Shown here piece after piece: positions 8,672-18,214 of a stretch of DNA of 64,000 nt. A program made the translations under genes and the position numbers. The notes beneath the pieces were generated by a model. The model did not search any database. It saw nothing but the letters and a program-made list of their open reading frames with translations, and was not told the DNA's origin. This DNA comes from an uncultured Gemmatimonadota bacterium. GTDB lineage: Bacteria; Gemmatimonadota; Gemmatimonadetes; Palauibacterales; Palauibacteraceae. How positions within the stretch are numbered: the stretch's first letter is position 1; each line of letters opens with the position of its first letter. The DNA lies in assembly GCA_964518305.1 (NCBI GenBank), contig CAZFDK010000008.1, positions 14,252-78,251 on the forward strand, given 5' to 3'.

Positions 8672-10477
8672 TCAGTCGCCCACCTCCAGCAGGGCCATGA
8701 AGGCCTCCTGGGGCACGTCGACCGTGCCCACCTTCTTCATCCGCTTCTTCCCCTCCTTCTGACGCTCGAGGAGCTTCCGCTTCCGCGTCACGTCTCCGCC
8801 GTAGCACTTGGCCGTGACGTTCTTGCGGCGGGCGGGGAGTGTCTCCCGGGCGACGACCTCGCTGCCGATGGCCGCCTGGATCGGGACCTCGAACATCTGG
8901 CGCGGGATCAGCTCCTTCAGCTTCTGCGTGATCCTCCGGCCGCGGTCGTAGGCGCGGTCGCGGTGCACGATCGTGCTCAGGGCGTCTACCGGATCCTTGT
9001 TGAGCAGGATGTCCAGCTTCACCAGGTCGGACTCCTCGTACCCCACCGGCTCGTACTCCATCGTGGCGTAGCCGCGGGAGACGGACTTCAGTCGGTCGTA
9101 GAAGTCCAGGACGATCTCGGCCAGCGGGAGCTTGTAGACGATCTCCACCCGCTCCGGATCCCGGTATCGCATGTCCTGGTACTCGCCCCGGCGGTCCTCG
9201 CACAGCTTCTGGATGTTTCCGATATGATCGTCGGGCGTCAGGAGGCGCACCCGCACGTAGGGCTCCTCGACCGTCTCGATCTCTGCCCGGTCCGGAAACG
9301 TCGCCGGGTTCTCGACCTCGATCCGCTCCCCGTCGGTCCGCGTGATCCGGTACTCGACGTTGGGGATCGTGGTGATCAGGTCCAGGTCGAACTCACGCTC
9401 CAGCCGCTCCTGGACGATCTCCATGTGGAGCAGGCCGTTGAAGCCGCAGCGGAACCCGTAGCCCAGGGCCTCCGACGTCTCGGGCTCGTACCCGAGGCTG
9501 GCGTCGTTGAGGCTGAGCTTCTCCAGGCCGTCGCGGAGGGCCTCGAAGTGATCGGACTCGGTGGGGTGGAGCCCGGCGTACACCATGGGCTTCACCTCCT
9601 TGTAGCCCGGCAGCAGCTCGTCGGCCCGGTCGTCGGCGTCCAGGATGGTGTCACCGACCTTCGTGTCGTGAATCTGCTTGATCTGGGCGGTCAGGTATCC
9701 CACCTCGCCGGTGGAGAGCTCCTCCGTGGACTGCATTCCCAGCCGCAGGTAGCCGACATCGTCTACCTCGTAGACGGAGTCGTTGGCCCCGAAGGTGATC
9801 TCCATGCCCGGGCGCACGACTCCGTCCACGACGCGGATGAACGGGACGGCCCCCCGGTACTTGTCGTAGAAGGAGTCGAAGATGAGGGCGCGCAGCGGCG
9901 CATCGGTCCGGCCCGAGGGATCCGGGACCCGGTCCACCACGGCCTCGAGGATCTGGTCGATGTTCGTCCCCTCTTTGGCGGACGCCAGGATGACTTCCTC
10001 GGGCTCCTTGCCCAGCAGGTCGCAGACCTCCATGCGCAGGTCCTCGGGCTGCGCCGAGGGGAGGTCGATCTTGTTGAGGACAGGGATCAGCTCCAGGCCG
10101 GCGTCCATGGCCTGGTACAGCGTGGATATGGTCTGGGCCTCGATGCCCTGGGCAGCGTCGATCACCAGCAGGGCGCCCTCGCAGGCCGCCAGGCTCCGGC
10201 TCACCTCGTACGTGAAATCGACGTGCCCCGGCGTGTCGATGAGGTTCAGCTCGTACTCCTCGCCGTCGCTGGCGGTGTACGGCAGCCGGATGGCGTTCAG
10301 CTTGATCGTGATGCCCCGCTCCCGCTCGAGGTCCATGGAGTCGAGGACCTGCTCCTTCATCTTCCGCCGCTCCACCGCACCGGTCGCCTCCAGTAGGCGA
10401 TCGGCCAGCGTCGACTTGCCGTGATCCACGTGGGCGATGATGGAGAAATTCCGTATGTGGTCCAGGTCGTTGGACAC
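8672..10477 (-). CDS. lepA: Elongation factor 4 (LepA)
   Basis: [30 protein letters not shown] and the LepA-specific C-terminal domain. GTG at 10477 gives 601 aa. ATG at 10624 is the alternative, but the extra 49 codons have clearly lower GC3 (~73% by hand count). Confidence 0.9.
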   Translation of the reverse strand: MSNDLDHIRNFSIIAHVDHGKSTLADRLLEATGAVERRKMKEQVLDSMDLERERGITIKLNAIRLPYTASDGEEYELNLIDTPGHVDFTYEVSRSLAACEGALLVIDAAQGIEAQTISTLYQAMDAGLELIPVLNKIDLPSAQPEDLRMEVCDLLGKEPEEVILASAKEGTNIDQILEAVVDRVPDPSGRTDAPLRALIFDSFYDKYRGAVPFIRVVDGVVRPGMEITFGANDSVYEVDDVGYLRLGMQSTEELSTGEVGYLTAQIKQIHDTKVGDTILDADDRADELLPGYKEVKPMVYAGLHPTESDHFEALRDGLEKLSLNDASLGYEPETSEALGYGFRCGFNGLLHMEIVQERLEREFDLDLITTIPNVEYRITRTDGERIEVENPATFPDRAEIETVEEPYVRVRLLTPDDHIGNIQKLCEDRRGEYQDMRYRDPERVEIVYKLPLAEIVLDFYDRLKSVSRGYATMEYEPVGYEESDLVKLDILLNKDPVDALSTIVHRDRAYDRGRRITQKLKELIPRQMFEVPIQAAIGSEVVARETLPARRKNVTAKCYGGDVTRKRKLLERQKEGKKRMKKVGTVDVPQEAFMALLEVGD

Positions 10478-10689
10478 GGAGCTGTCTGGCCTCTGTGGTC
10501 GGGGTGCGTTCAGCCTCTCTCGCGGCTCGTCCGAGCCTCCGGGTTCCGCGGACCGGGGATCGATCTCGCGCCGCCGGCCCCCTCCGGAGCTCGGCTCGGA
10601 ACCGGAACACTCATACCGTGCCATCCGGACGCCGGTCCGGACGCGGGAGGGCGAGCACGTACGCGGACGTCCCGGCTCGGTCCCTCGGA

Positions 10690-11373
10690 TCAGGCTCGCG
10701 GAAAGCGGACGCGGAAGGGACCGTCGCCGGCGTCCCGAGGCTCGACCTCGCCCCCGGCCCGCCGGGCCTGCGCCACGAGCTCCGCCCTCTTCCCTCCACC
10801 CTCCCACGGGGCTCCCGGCCCGACCTCGATCCACGGACCATCGTCGCCGGAGCCCGCCGCCAGGTAGGGCTCCTCCCCCTCCCGGGCCGCGTGGCGGGCG
10901 CCGGAAGCGGCGCCCAGGACCAGCGCCAGGAGGCCCCCTTCCCTGACCCGGGTCGACGAGCCCCCGCCCTCCTCGCCGGCATCCGGAAGGCGCAGGCGCA
11001 GCTCCTGCCCGTCTTCCCGCTCGTCGAGCCGAAAAGCATCGGCCGCCTCTCGCAGGAGCTCGAGCAGGTCGACGCCGGTCCGGGGCTCGTCGGGCGAGCG
11101 CCGGGCCAGGGCGATGAGCATCCGTATGCGTCCGTCCACGCGTCGGATGTTCTGGTCCACCACGCTCGTCAGCCGCTCTGTCTCCTCCTCGTCGCCCTTC
11201 GCAGCCCGCATGCGGATCACCTCCAGATTGACCGTGATGGCCTGGAACGGGTTCTTGAGCTGGTGGGCGATCCGGTCCACGGCCTCGGCCAGGACCGAGC
11301 TCTTCGCCTCGGCGCCCAGGCTCCCCGGATCCTCCGCATCGGGCACCTCCAACCCGCCACCGCGGCCGCTCAC
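10690..11373 (-). CDS. Sensor-less HisKA-domain protein with degenerate ATP-binding domain
   Basis: H-box [13 protein letters not shown]. The following ~130 aa occupy the HATPase position but lack recognisable N, G1 and G2 boxes. GTG start overlaps the MBL gene stop (GTGA at 11370-11373). Confidence 0.55.
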   Translation of the reverse strand: MSGRGGGLEVPDAEDPGSLGAEAKSSVLAEAVDRIAHQLKNPFQAITVNLEVIRMRAAKGDEEETERLTSVVDQNIRRVDGRIRMLIALARRSPDEPRTGVDLLELLREAADAFRLDEREDGQELRLRLPDAGEEGGGSSTRVREGGLLALVLGAASGARHAAREGEEPYLAAGSGDDGPWIEVGPGAPWEGGGKRAELVAQARRAGGEVEPRDAGDGPFRVRFPRA

Positions 11374-12146
11374 AGCTCCACCACGAGGCCGTCGTGAGCC
11401 GGACGAACGCCATCGGGCAGCCGCTCCGCCGTCTCGCCGTGCTCGAGACGGTGGGTCATGTGCGTGAGGAACGTCCTCTCCGCGCCGATCCTCCGGGCAA
11501 CGTCCACGGCCTCCTCCACGTTGAAGTGGATCGGATGGGGGTTGCCGAACCACAGCGCGTTCACCGTCAGCACCCGTACCCCCTCCAGCAGCGGCAGGGT
11601 CTTTTCCGGGATCTCCTTGGCGTCGACGACCACCGCCAGGTCCCCCACACGCAACCCGTAGCTGGTGTAGCTGCCGTGCGGACAGCCGAAGGGCGTGACC
11701 TCGAACCCGGCGGCGGAAAAGGGCTCCCGATCGCGAAAGGACCGGAGTTCCAGGTCCGGGATCGCGCTCCCCGGATCCGGCTCCACCTGCTCCGAGAAGA
11801 TGTAGGGGAATCGGTCCCGGACCTCGTCCCGGTACTCCCGGGCCACGTGCACCGGGAGCGCGTGCTCGGAACGCAGCGTGAAGATCCGGAGGTCGTCGAC
11901 GCCGTGGAGGTGATCGGCGTGGGGGTGGGTGATGAACGCGGAGTCCACCTGCCGCACTCCGGCCTCCACGAGCTGCAGACGCAGCTCGGGAGGGGTGTCC
12001 ACCAGAAGACGCCGGCCGTCCTCCTCGAGGAGCATCCCGTGGCGGGTCCGCTGATTCCGGGGGTCCTCGGAGCGACACACCGCGCACCGACAGCCGATGA
12101 CCGGCACGCCGAAGGAGGTCCCGGTGCCGAGGAATCGGATCTTCAT
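11370..12146 (-). CDS. MBL-fold metallo-hydrolase (PhnP-like)
   Basis: [11 protein letters not shown] metal motif and an N-terminal [18 protein letters not shown] zinc-knuckle-like stretch, as in PhnP-type enzymes. Confidence 0.85.
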   Translation of the reverse strand: MKIRFLGTGTSFGVPVIGCRCAVCRSEDPRNQRTRHGMLLEEDGRRLLVDTPPELRLQLVEAGVRQVDSAFITHPHADHLHGVDDLRIFTLRSEHALPVHVAREYRDEVRDRFPYIFSEQVEPDPGSAIPDLELRSFRDREPFSAAGFEVTPFGCPHGSYTSYGLRVGDLAVVVDAKEIPEKTLPLLEGVRVLTVNALWFGNPHPIHFNVEEAVDVARRIGAERTFLTHMTHRLEHGETAERLPDGVRPAHDGLVVEL

Positions 12147-12213
12147 GCCGGGCGGGCGCTCCGCCGCGACCGGGGCGGCGACGGCGCCGTAGCAGGCTCG
12201 ACCACGGCGCCCG

Positions 12214-13662
12214 CTACAGCTGTTCGATACGCATCATGTTGGTCGTCCCGGGAACGTGGAATGGGACCCCGGCGGTGACGACGAAGCCGTCCCCCTCCTC
12301 GCCGAAGCCGGCGCTCAGGGCCTCGCCCCGGGCCCGCCCCACCATGGTCCGGTAGCTGACCTCGTCCCGGAGGAGTACCGGATACACGCCCCAGACCAGG
12401 GCCAGCTGGTTGTAGGTGTGCCACTGGTCCGTGACGGCCAGGATCGGGACCGTCGGCCTCTGGGCAGACATGACGCGGGCGGTGAACCCGCTCCGGGTCA
12501 GGGTGACGATGAACGGCAGGTCGAGTCGCTCCACGGCCTGCAGCGATGCGGCGGCGATGGCCGCGGACGTCGTCTGCTGGACCTCGGCGCGCTGATCACG
12601 TTCCCGCAGGGTCACCCGCCCGGCCTCGGCCCCGCTCTCCTCCTCGGTGCGGCGGATTATGCGCTCCATCGTCCGCACGGCCTCGACGGGATACTCGCCG
12701 ATGGCCGTCTCTCCCGAGAGCATCACGGCGTCGGTCCCGTCCAGCAGTGCGTTGGCCACGTCGGAGACCTCCGCACGGGTGGGCCGCGGCTGATCCGTCA
12801 TGGAGTCGAGCATCTGGGTGGCGGTGATGCTCGGCCGCGCGAAGCGCTGTCCCTCCTGGATGATCTGCTTCTGCACCATGGGGACTTCCTCGTACGGGAG
12901 CTCCACTCCCAGGTCTCCCCGGGCCACCATCACGCCGTCGCTCTCCCGGAGGATCGCCGGCAGATCGGTGAGCGCCTGGTCCTTCTCGATCTTGGAGATG
13001 ATGAGCGTCTCGTCGCTGCACCGGTCCCGGAGGGCCCGCACGTCGTCGGCTCGCCGGACGAAGCTGAGGGCCACGTAGTCGACACCGAGCTCTTCGACGA
13101 ACTCCAGGTCCTCCTCGTCCTTCTGCGTCAGGCTGGAGGCGCCGACCTCGACCCCGGGCAGATTCATTCCCTTCTGCGCCTTCAGGAGGCCGGCGGTGCG
13201 GACGCGGGCCACGACGCCGGGGGGCTCCACACGCTCCACCTCCATCTCGATCCTCCCGTCGTCCAGGAGGACCGTGTCGCCGGGCGCGAGGTCGTCGGCC
13301 AGTCCGGAGTAGGTGGTGGCGATGCAGCGCTCGGGCGGGACGCCGGCGGCCCTCTCCGTGCCCTCCGGCACGAAGCAGTACACCTGGTCCTCCTCCAGGT
13401 CGATCGGCGCTCTCAGGTCGCTCACCCGTATCCGCGGCCCCTGCAGGTCGGCGACGACCGCCAGCGGCCGCCCGTACTCCCGGGCGAGGTCGCGTACCGT
13501 CTCGATGACCCCGGCGGTCTGCTCGTACGTCGCGTGGGAGAAGTTGAGGCGGACGGCGTTCATCCCCGCCTCGAACAGCTCGCGCAGAGTCTCCGGCTCG
13601 GCACTGGCCGGGCCCACCGTGCACACGATCTTGGCTCGCCTGAAGTCGGGTGCGGCCGTCAT
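12214..13662 (-). CDS. pyk: Pyruvate kinase
   Basis: RRAKIVCTVGPAS...MNAVRLNFSH, MVARGDLGVE and the C-terminal regulatory domain. ATG at 13662 gives 482 aa. Stop is TAG. Confidence 0.92.
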   Translation of the reverse strand: MTAAPDFRRAKIVCTVGPASAEPETLRELFEAGMNAVRLNFSHATYEQTAGVIETVRDLAREYGRPLAVVADLQGPRIRVSDLRAPIDLEEDQVYCFVPEGTERAAGVPPERCIATTYSGLADDLAPGDTVLLDDGRIEMEVERVEPPGVVARVRTAGLLKAQKGMNLPGVEVGASSLTQKDEEDLEFVEELGVDYVALSFVRRADDVRALRDRCSDETLIISKIEKDQALTDLPAILRESDGVMVARGDLGVELPYEEVPMVQKQIIQEGQRFARPSITATQMLDSMTDQPRPTRAEVSDVANALLDGTDAVMLSGETAIGEYPVEAVRTMERIIRRTEEESGAEAGRVTLRERDQRAEVQQTTSAAIAAASLQAVERLDLPFIVTLTRSGFTARVMSAQRPTVPILAVTDQWHTYNQLALVWGVYPVLLRDEVSYRTMVGRARGEALSAGFGEEGDGFVVTAGVPFHVPGTTNMMRIEQL

Positions 13663-14030
13663 CTGCAGTGGAAGCGGGGTGTCATGCGAACGTCGATCGA
13701 GGGAAGCGGGTGTCGCTCGGTGTCCTTCGTCCCCGGGGGAAGCGCCCACGGTCCCGGGGAGTTCGCTCGACCCGGAGCCTGCAGGTCGAGATCCGGGGAA
13801 CGGTGGCGGACCGGAAGGCTCACGCATGCAGTCGCGCGTGCAGCGCCGGCGGAACAGTAGCCGCTGCGCGAAGGACGAGCAAACCTCCAGCGTCCGTCGA
13901 ACGGCAGTTCGAAGGGTTGTCGCCACCCCCCTCCGAGAGTAGATTTTCGGCCGAGGATCGAGCACACGGCGTACCGCGCAGCACCCGGTCGGCGACCCGG
14001 CGAGTGATCCCACGCGGCGGGCCTTTCCAA

Positions 14031-14042
14031 GAACAGATGTTC
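14031..14042. promoter_or_regulatory. Perfect GAAC-N4-GTTC palindrome (Cheo/LexA-box-like) in the pyk/csp divergent intergenic region
   Basis: GAACAGATGTTC, 51 nt upstream of the ATG at 14093. Read directly from the sequence. The binding protein is unknown. Confidence 0.3.
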
Positions 14043-14092
14043 TCCACGCCACGGACGCGCTTTCCGGCGGTTTTCCTGCACCTGGAGGCACG

Positions 14093-14320
14093 ATGAGCCG
14101 ATTGACCGGTACGGTGTAGTGGTTCTCGCAGCCGAAGGGATACGGGTTCATAGAGGATCAGGACGGACGCGACCTCTCCCTCCACTATACGGCGATCGAG
14201 GGCTCCGGCTTTCGATCGCTCGAGGAGGGCGAGAGCGTCGAGTTCTCGGTTCGGCAGACCGACCGCGGTCTCCAGGCCCGGGACGTGATACGCACCGACC
14301 AGACAGCCTCGGCCGGCTGA
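14093..14320 (+). pseudogene. Cold-shock-domain gene interrupted by a single in-frame TAG at codon 9
   Basis: GGAGG SD, then ATG. Translation is MSRLTGTV*WFSQPKGYGFIEDQDGRDLSLHYTAIEGSGFRSLEEGESVEFSVRQTDRGLQARDVIRT... The TAG at 14117-14119 replaces the conserved Lys of the VKWF motif. The rest of the CSD is intact, up to the TGA at 14318-14320. Confidence 0.6.
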
Positions 14321-14381
14321 CGCACTGTCGCGGTTCGCCGGTCGGGGCGACGACTCAAGCAACACGGAAGGAGAGGGTTCG

Positions 14382-14795
14382 ATGACTCGCAAGACCGGCA
14401 ACGTGAAGTGGTTTTCGAACGAGAAGGGTTACGGATTCATCGAGCAGGAAGATGGTGAGGACGTCTTCGTCCACCACTCGGACATCGAGGGCGACGGCTA
14501 CAAGACACTGAAGCAGGGCGAGATGGTCGAGTACGAGATCATCGAGGCGGACAAGGGGCCCAAGGCCCAGAGCGTCGTCCGCAGCGACGGTGCCGACGGA
14601 AACGGCTCCGACGCCTCGTCCGAGAGCCGGGAGGCCGGCGGCGAGTCGTCGGCACGAAACGGCGGCTCCAGCCGGAGCGCCCCCTCCGCCGGGTCAAGCT
14701 CCGACGGCTCGGAACGGAACGAGCCACAGGCGGACTCCAGCCTCGCCAGCCAGCTCAGAAAGAAGCTCACCGACCGCTTCCTGAGCGGAAGCTGA
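14382..14795 (+). CDS. Cold-shock protein (CSD) with ~70-aa Ser/Gly/acidic C-terminal extension
   Basis: GNVKWFSNEKGYGFIEQEDGEDVFVHHSDI (RNP1/RNP2). Strong SD GGAAGGAGAGG. Confidence 0.88.
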   Translation: MTRKTGNVKWFSNEKGYGFIEQEDGEDVFVHHSDIEGDGYKTLKQGEMVEYEIIEADKGPKAQSVVRSDGADGNGSDASSESREAGGESSARNGGSSRSAPSAGSSSDGSERNEPQADSSLASQLRKKLTDRFLSGS

Positions 14796-14967
14796 GCGCT
14801 CCCGGGGTCCGGGAACAGGCCGTCCTCTCGGGGGTTCTACGAGGGGCGACCAGCCTCACAGCTGTGGATCAGCCGGACGGCTGAACCGAAACGAACGAAG
14901 GCGACGAGGACGCTGGCGGCGCTGCCCTGGCCCGCGTTGTTTTCCCGACCCTCAGGAGGGGATGTAG

Positions 14968-15153
14968 TTGGAGTATCGAGTCGGCAGGAACGAGGATCTC
15001 AACCGCGCGCTCAGGAAGTTCCGACGCAAGGTGCAGCGGGCCGGCATCTTCCGTGACATGAAGAGAATTCGCTATTACGAGAAGCCCAGCGAGGCACGAC
15101 GCCGCAAGGAGAAGGCGGCCGCCCGCCGACGGCGCCGCCGACAGCGGAGCTGA
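14968..15153 (+). CDS. rpsU: 30S ribosomal protein S21
   Basis: NEDLNRALRKFRRKVQRAGIFRDMKRIRYYEKPSE plus a basic tail. TTG start 6 nt after AGGAGGGG. Confidence 0.85.
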   Translation: MEYRVGRNEDLNRALRKFRRKVQRAGIFRDMKRIRYYEKPSEARRRKEKAAARRRRRRQRS

Positions 15154-15200
15154 GCCGCCGGACGAGCGCGAGACCGGCTGTCGACAGCACTCCGGCTACG

Positions 15201-15235
15201 AAACCCGCCGACCCCGCAGGTCGGCGGGTTTTTTG
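15201..15235 (+). terminator. Rho-independent terminator downstream of rpsU
   Basis: 12-bp stem AAACCCGCCGAC / GTCGGCGGGTTT with a 7-nt loop, followed by a T6 run. It is the only classic terminator I found in the window. Confidence 0.7.
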
Positions 15236-15277
15236 CTCTCTCCGGGCCTCGTCTCCTGTCGAGGCTGACTTCCGGAC

Positions 15278-16144
15278 TCAGAGCTGAAAGCGCTCCACCA
15301 GCTGCTTCTCCTCTTCCGCCTCGATGTGGGCCTCGACCTGGATGAAGCGCTCGAGACCGGATCCGGAAAGCTTCTCACGGAGAAGCTGGTCCACCTGGAA
15401 CACCCCGGCCGAGTTGGTCATCTCCACGCGGACGCGCACCGGCGTCGCGTCTCCCTCCTCGATGAGCACCGACTCGATGGCGGCCGCCGACACCGAGTGG
15501 ATGGATGTGGATCCGCGCTCGAAGGGGATACGTGACCGCCCTTCCGCCATGTCCAGCGCATCCGCGATCCGCAGCACCCCCGCCTCCACGGTCAGGGGCG
15601 TGCCGCCCGCACGGTGCGCGATGATGGCGTGCAGGATCTCCGAGCGGAGGACGGTGTCCCGGGGCGGGTCGTAGAAGTCACCCAGCAGCTCCCGCAGCTT
15701 GGGCTGGGCCACGAACAGCGAGTACGCCTCGTGGTTCTCCCGATGGATCGACATGCCCACGTCGTGGAAGAGTGCCGCCATCACGACGACGATCTCGGCG
15801 TCCTCCTTCTCCATCCCGTAGTCCCGCATCACGCTGGACGGAATGCCGGCGTCCACCAGCAGCCGGAGGAGCTTGAGGGCGGAGTTGGCGACGATCTGCA
15901 TGTGCACGGGGCCGTGGTCGGACATGTTGAGCCGGTCGACGGCGTTCACGTTGGCCGCCACCCACTGGGCGTAGAGCTCGTCGTCCTCGTTCAGCCGTTC
16001 CACGAGGTCCGCCAACCTGGGGTTGTGTCGGGCCGGCACGCGGATCTGAATCCGGTCTTCGAAGCGCTCCTCCGGGGAGCCCGGCTCGGGTGGGCCGCTC
16101 CCCCCGGCCGAGGCGCCCGCGTCACTCGTGTCGTCTTCGGTCAT
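15278..16144 (-). CDS. HD-domain phosphohydrolase
   Basis: GPVHMQIV...AALFHDVGMSIHRENHE (H...HD...D pattern). Confidence 0.8.
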   Translation of the reverse strand: MTEDDTSDAGASAGGSGPPEPGSPEERFEDRIQIRVPARHNPRLADLVERLNEDDELYAQWVAANVNAVDRLNMSDHGPVHMQIVANSALKLLRLLVDAGIPSSVMRDYGMEKEDAEIVVVMAALFHDVGMSIHRENHEAYSLFVAQPKLRELLGDFYDPPRDTVLRSEILHAIIAHRAGGTPLTVEAGVLRIADALDMAEGRSRIPFERGSTSIHSVSAAAIESVLIEEGDATPVRVRVEMTNSAGVFQVDQLLREKLSGSGLERFIQVEAHIEAEEEKQLVERFQL

Positions 16145-16189
16145 GGGTCTCCTGTCGTCGGTGTCGTTTCAGAGGCAGGGTCCGAGGGC

Positions 16190-17371
16190 TCAGAGCGAGG
16201 CGAGCCGCGCGGCGGCCTTCTCCAGCGTCTCCTCCGTCTTGCAGAAGGCGAACCGCACGAGATCTCGTCCACGCTCCGGCTCGGAAAAGAAGCTCGATCC
16301 CGGAACGGGTGCGACACCGACCTCCCGCGTCAGCCAGTGCGCGAACTCGTCGTCGGGCAGGTCGCTCACGGCCGAGAAGTCCGCGAGGACGTAGTAGGCC
16401 CCCTCCGGACGCGAGCAGCGGAACCCGGCCCCGATGAGAGCCTCGTGCAGGATCTCCCGCCTCCTGCGGTAGTCCTCCTCGAGAGCCTCGTAATACTCCG
16501 CTCCGAGCTGCTCCAGGCCCGCCGCCACTCCCTCCTGCAGCGGCGCGGGGGCACCGACGGTCAGAAAATCGTGGACCTTCCGGATCGCATCGGTGGCCTC
16601 CGGCGGCGCCACGATCCACCCGATCCTCCAACCCGTGATGGAGAACGTCTTGGAGGCCCCGCTCACCGTGACCGTGCGCTCCCGCATGCCGGGCAGGGAA
16701 GCCATCGAACGGTGCTCTCCCTCGTACCAGATGTGCTCGTAGATCTCGTCCGTGAACACGTAGGCGTCGTGCCGGCGGCACAGCTCCGCCACCCCCTCCA
16801 TCTCCCGGCGGTCGAAGACCCGGCCCGTGGGGTTGTTCGGCGTGTTCAGAACCACGGCCCGGGTCCGGTCGCTGAAGGCACGCTGCAGCCGCTCGAGGTC
16901 GATGGTGCGGTCTTCGGCCAGCCGGACGAACACCGGCTCGGCCCCGCACAGCTCGGCATCGGGGCCGTAGTTCTCGTAGAACGGCTCGAGGATGACGACT
17001 TCGTCACCGGGGTTCACCAGGGCGAGAAACGTGGAGGCCATGGCCTCGGTGGCCCCGCAGGCCACGGTGATCTCGCGGTCCGGGTCCACGTCGAGGTCGT
17101 AGTGCCGGGACTGGTGCGCGGCGATTGCCTCCCGCAGGCGGTCGCTCCCCCAGGTGATGGCGTACTGGTTGATCCCCTCGGCGATGGCCCGCTGCCCCTC
17201 CCGCTTGATCAGATCGGGCGCGGGAAAATTGGGGAAGCCCTGCGCCAGGTTGACGGCGTCGTGCTTCCGTGCCAGGCGGGTCATGCCCCGGATCACGGAC
17301 TCCGTGAAACCGTGGGTGCGCCTGGCCGTGCCCGCCGAAACGTCCGACGCAGTCTCGTCTGCGGTCTCCAA
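16190..17371 (-). CDS. PLP-dependent aminotransferase, class I/II (MtnE/KAT-like)
   Basis: VNLAQGFPNFP, NPNNPTG and SGASKTFSITGWRIGW (PLP lysine). TTG at 17371 is preceded by GGGAGG at 8 nt and gives 393 aa. The ORF is open to 17503. Confidence 0.85.
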   Translation of the reverse strand: METADETASDVSAGTARRTHGFTESVIRGMTRLARKHDAVNLAQGFPNFPAPDLIKREGQRAIAEGINQYAITWGSDRLREAIAAHQSRHYDLDVDPDREITVACGATEAMASTFLALVNPGDEVVILEPFYENYGPDAELCGAEPVFVRLAEDRTIDLERLQRAFSDRTRAVVLNTPNNPTGRVFDRREMEGVAELCRRHDAYVFTDEIYEHIWYEGEHRSMASLPGMRERTVTVSGASKTFSITGWRIGWIVAPPEATDAIRKVHDFLTVGAPAPLQEGVAAGLEQLGAEYYEALEEDYRRRREILHEALIGAGFRCSRPEGAYYVLADFSAVSDLPDDEFAHWLTREVGVAPVPGSSFFSEPERGRDLVRFAFCKTEETLEKAAARLASL

Positions 17372-17598
17372 GGTCTGAGCCTCCCTGCCGTATACGTGGT
17401 CCGCGCCGGGTGCGTCGAGCGGCCGGCTGTCCCCGGCGGCGACGGGCGGCGACGGCCCGATCATCACGGGGCAATATGCAGAGGCGCGGGGTACGGGTGT
17501 CAACGTGGCGGCCGGCCGCCGCGAGGCGAGGAACGAACCTCCGACCGCCGGAGTTAAAGATACACGCGTGTCCCATCCCCAGCGGCCGGGAGGCCACA

Positions 17599-18213
17599 GT
17601 GAGTCGACGACAGATGGAGCGGCGGAAGTTTCGCCAGGCGCTCATTCCGGGCATCGTACTCTCTCTCGCTGCCCACCTGCTCCTGCTCGGACTCGGCAAC
17701 TTCGGCCTTCCGTCATGGACCGACACGGACTCGAACCGGGACCGTGAGGAACGGGCCCATGAGTGGGCGGATCGGAGCCTCGAGGTCGTGAACCTCCGGC
17801 CCAGGGCGGTCCGGAAGGCGAGGAACCCGGCCGCCGGCGCGGCCTCCTCCGACCGTCGGGCGGACAGAGCGGCCTCCAGTGCTCCCGCACCCGCCGTGCG
17901 CGCTCCCTCCTCTCCGGCCCGGGCTGCCGAGCCCGTGGACGTCCCGTCCGTGATGGTGGCCGTCGCCGCGGAGGAGGGGGAAGAGCGCCTCAGCGCCTCG
18001 GACCTCGCCGCGCTCTTCCCGGGAGGCAGCGAGATGCCGAAGCCCACCAGCCGGGCCGCCCGCGAGGCGTCCGGGGAGTCCCGCGACGCCGGGGATCGCT
18101 TCGCGGGCGCGCGAAGCACCCGCCGCGCGGGCTCGAGCGGCGGAGGCTGCGTCGTCCGCCCCGGGACCGCCATCAACCGACGGTTCCCGGAGGACATCAC
18201 CATCGGCGGCTGA
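17599..18213 (+). CDS. Hypothetical membrane-anchored protein (single N-terminal TM, Ala/Ser/Arg-rich tail)
   Basis: GTG after GGGAGG. TM segment ALIPGIVLSLAAHLLLLGLG. High GC3. No recognisable domain. Confidence 0.4.
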   Translation: MSRRQMERRKFRQALIPGIVLSLAAHLLLLGLGNFGLPSWTDTDSNRDREERAHEWADRSLEVVNLRPRAVRKARNPAAGAASSDRRADRAASSAPAPAVRAPSSPARAAEPVDVPSVMVAVAAEEGEERLSASDLAALFPGGSEMPKPTSRAAREASGESRDAGDRFAGARSTRRAGSSGGGCVVRPGTAINRRFPEDITIGG

Positions 18214-18214
18214 C

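Noticed and set aside
10478-10624. N-terminal 49-codon extension of lepA from ATG at 10624.
   Set aside because: The extension ([18 protein letters not shown]...) has no counterpart in LepA proteins and a GC3 of only ~73% by hand count. GTG at 10477 gives the canonical length. It is kept as an alternative only.
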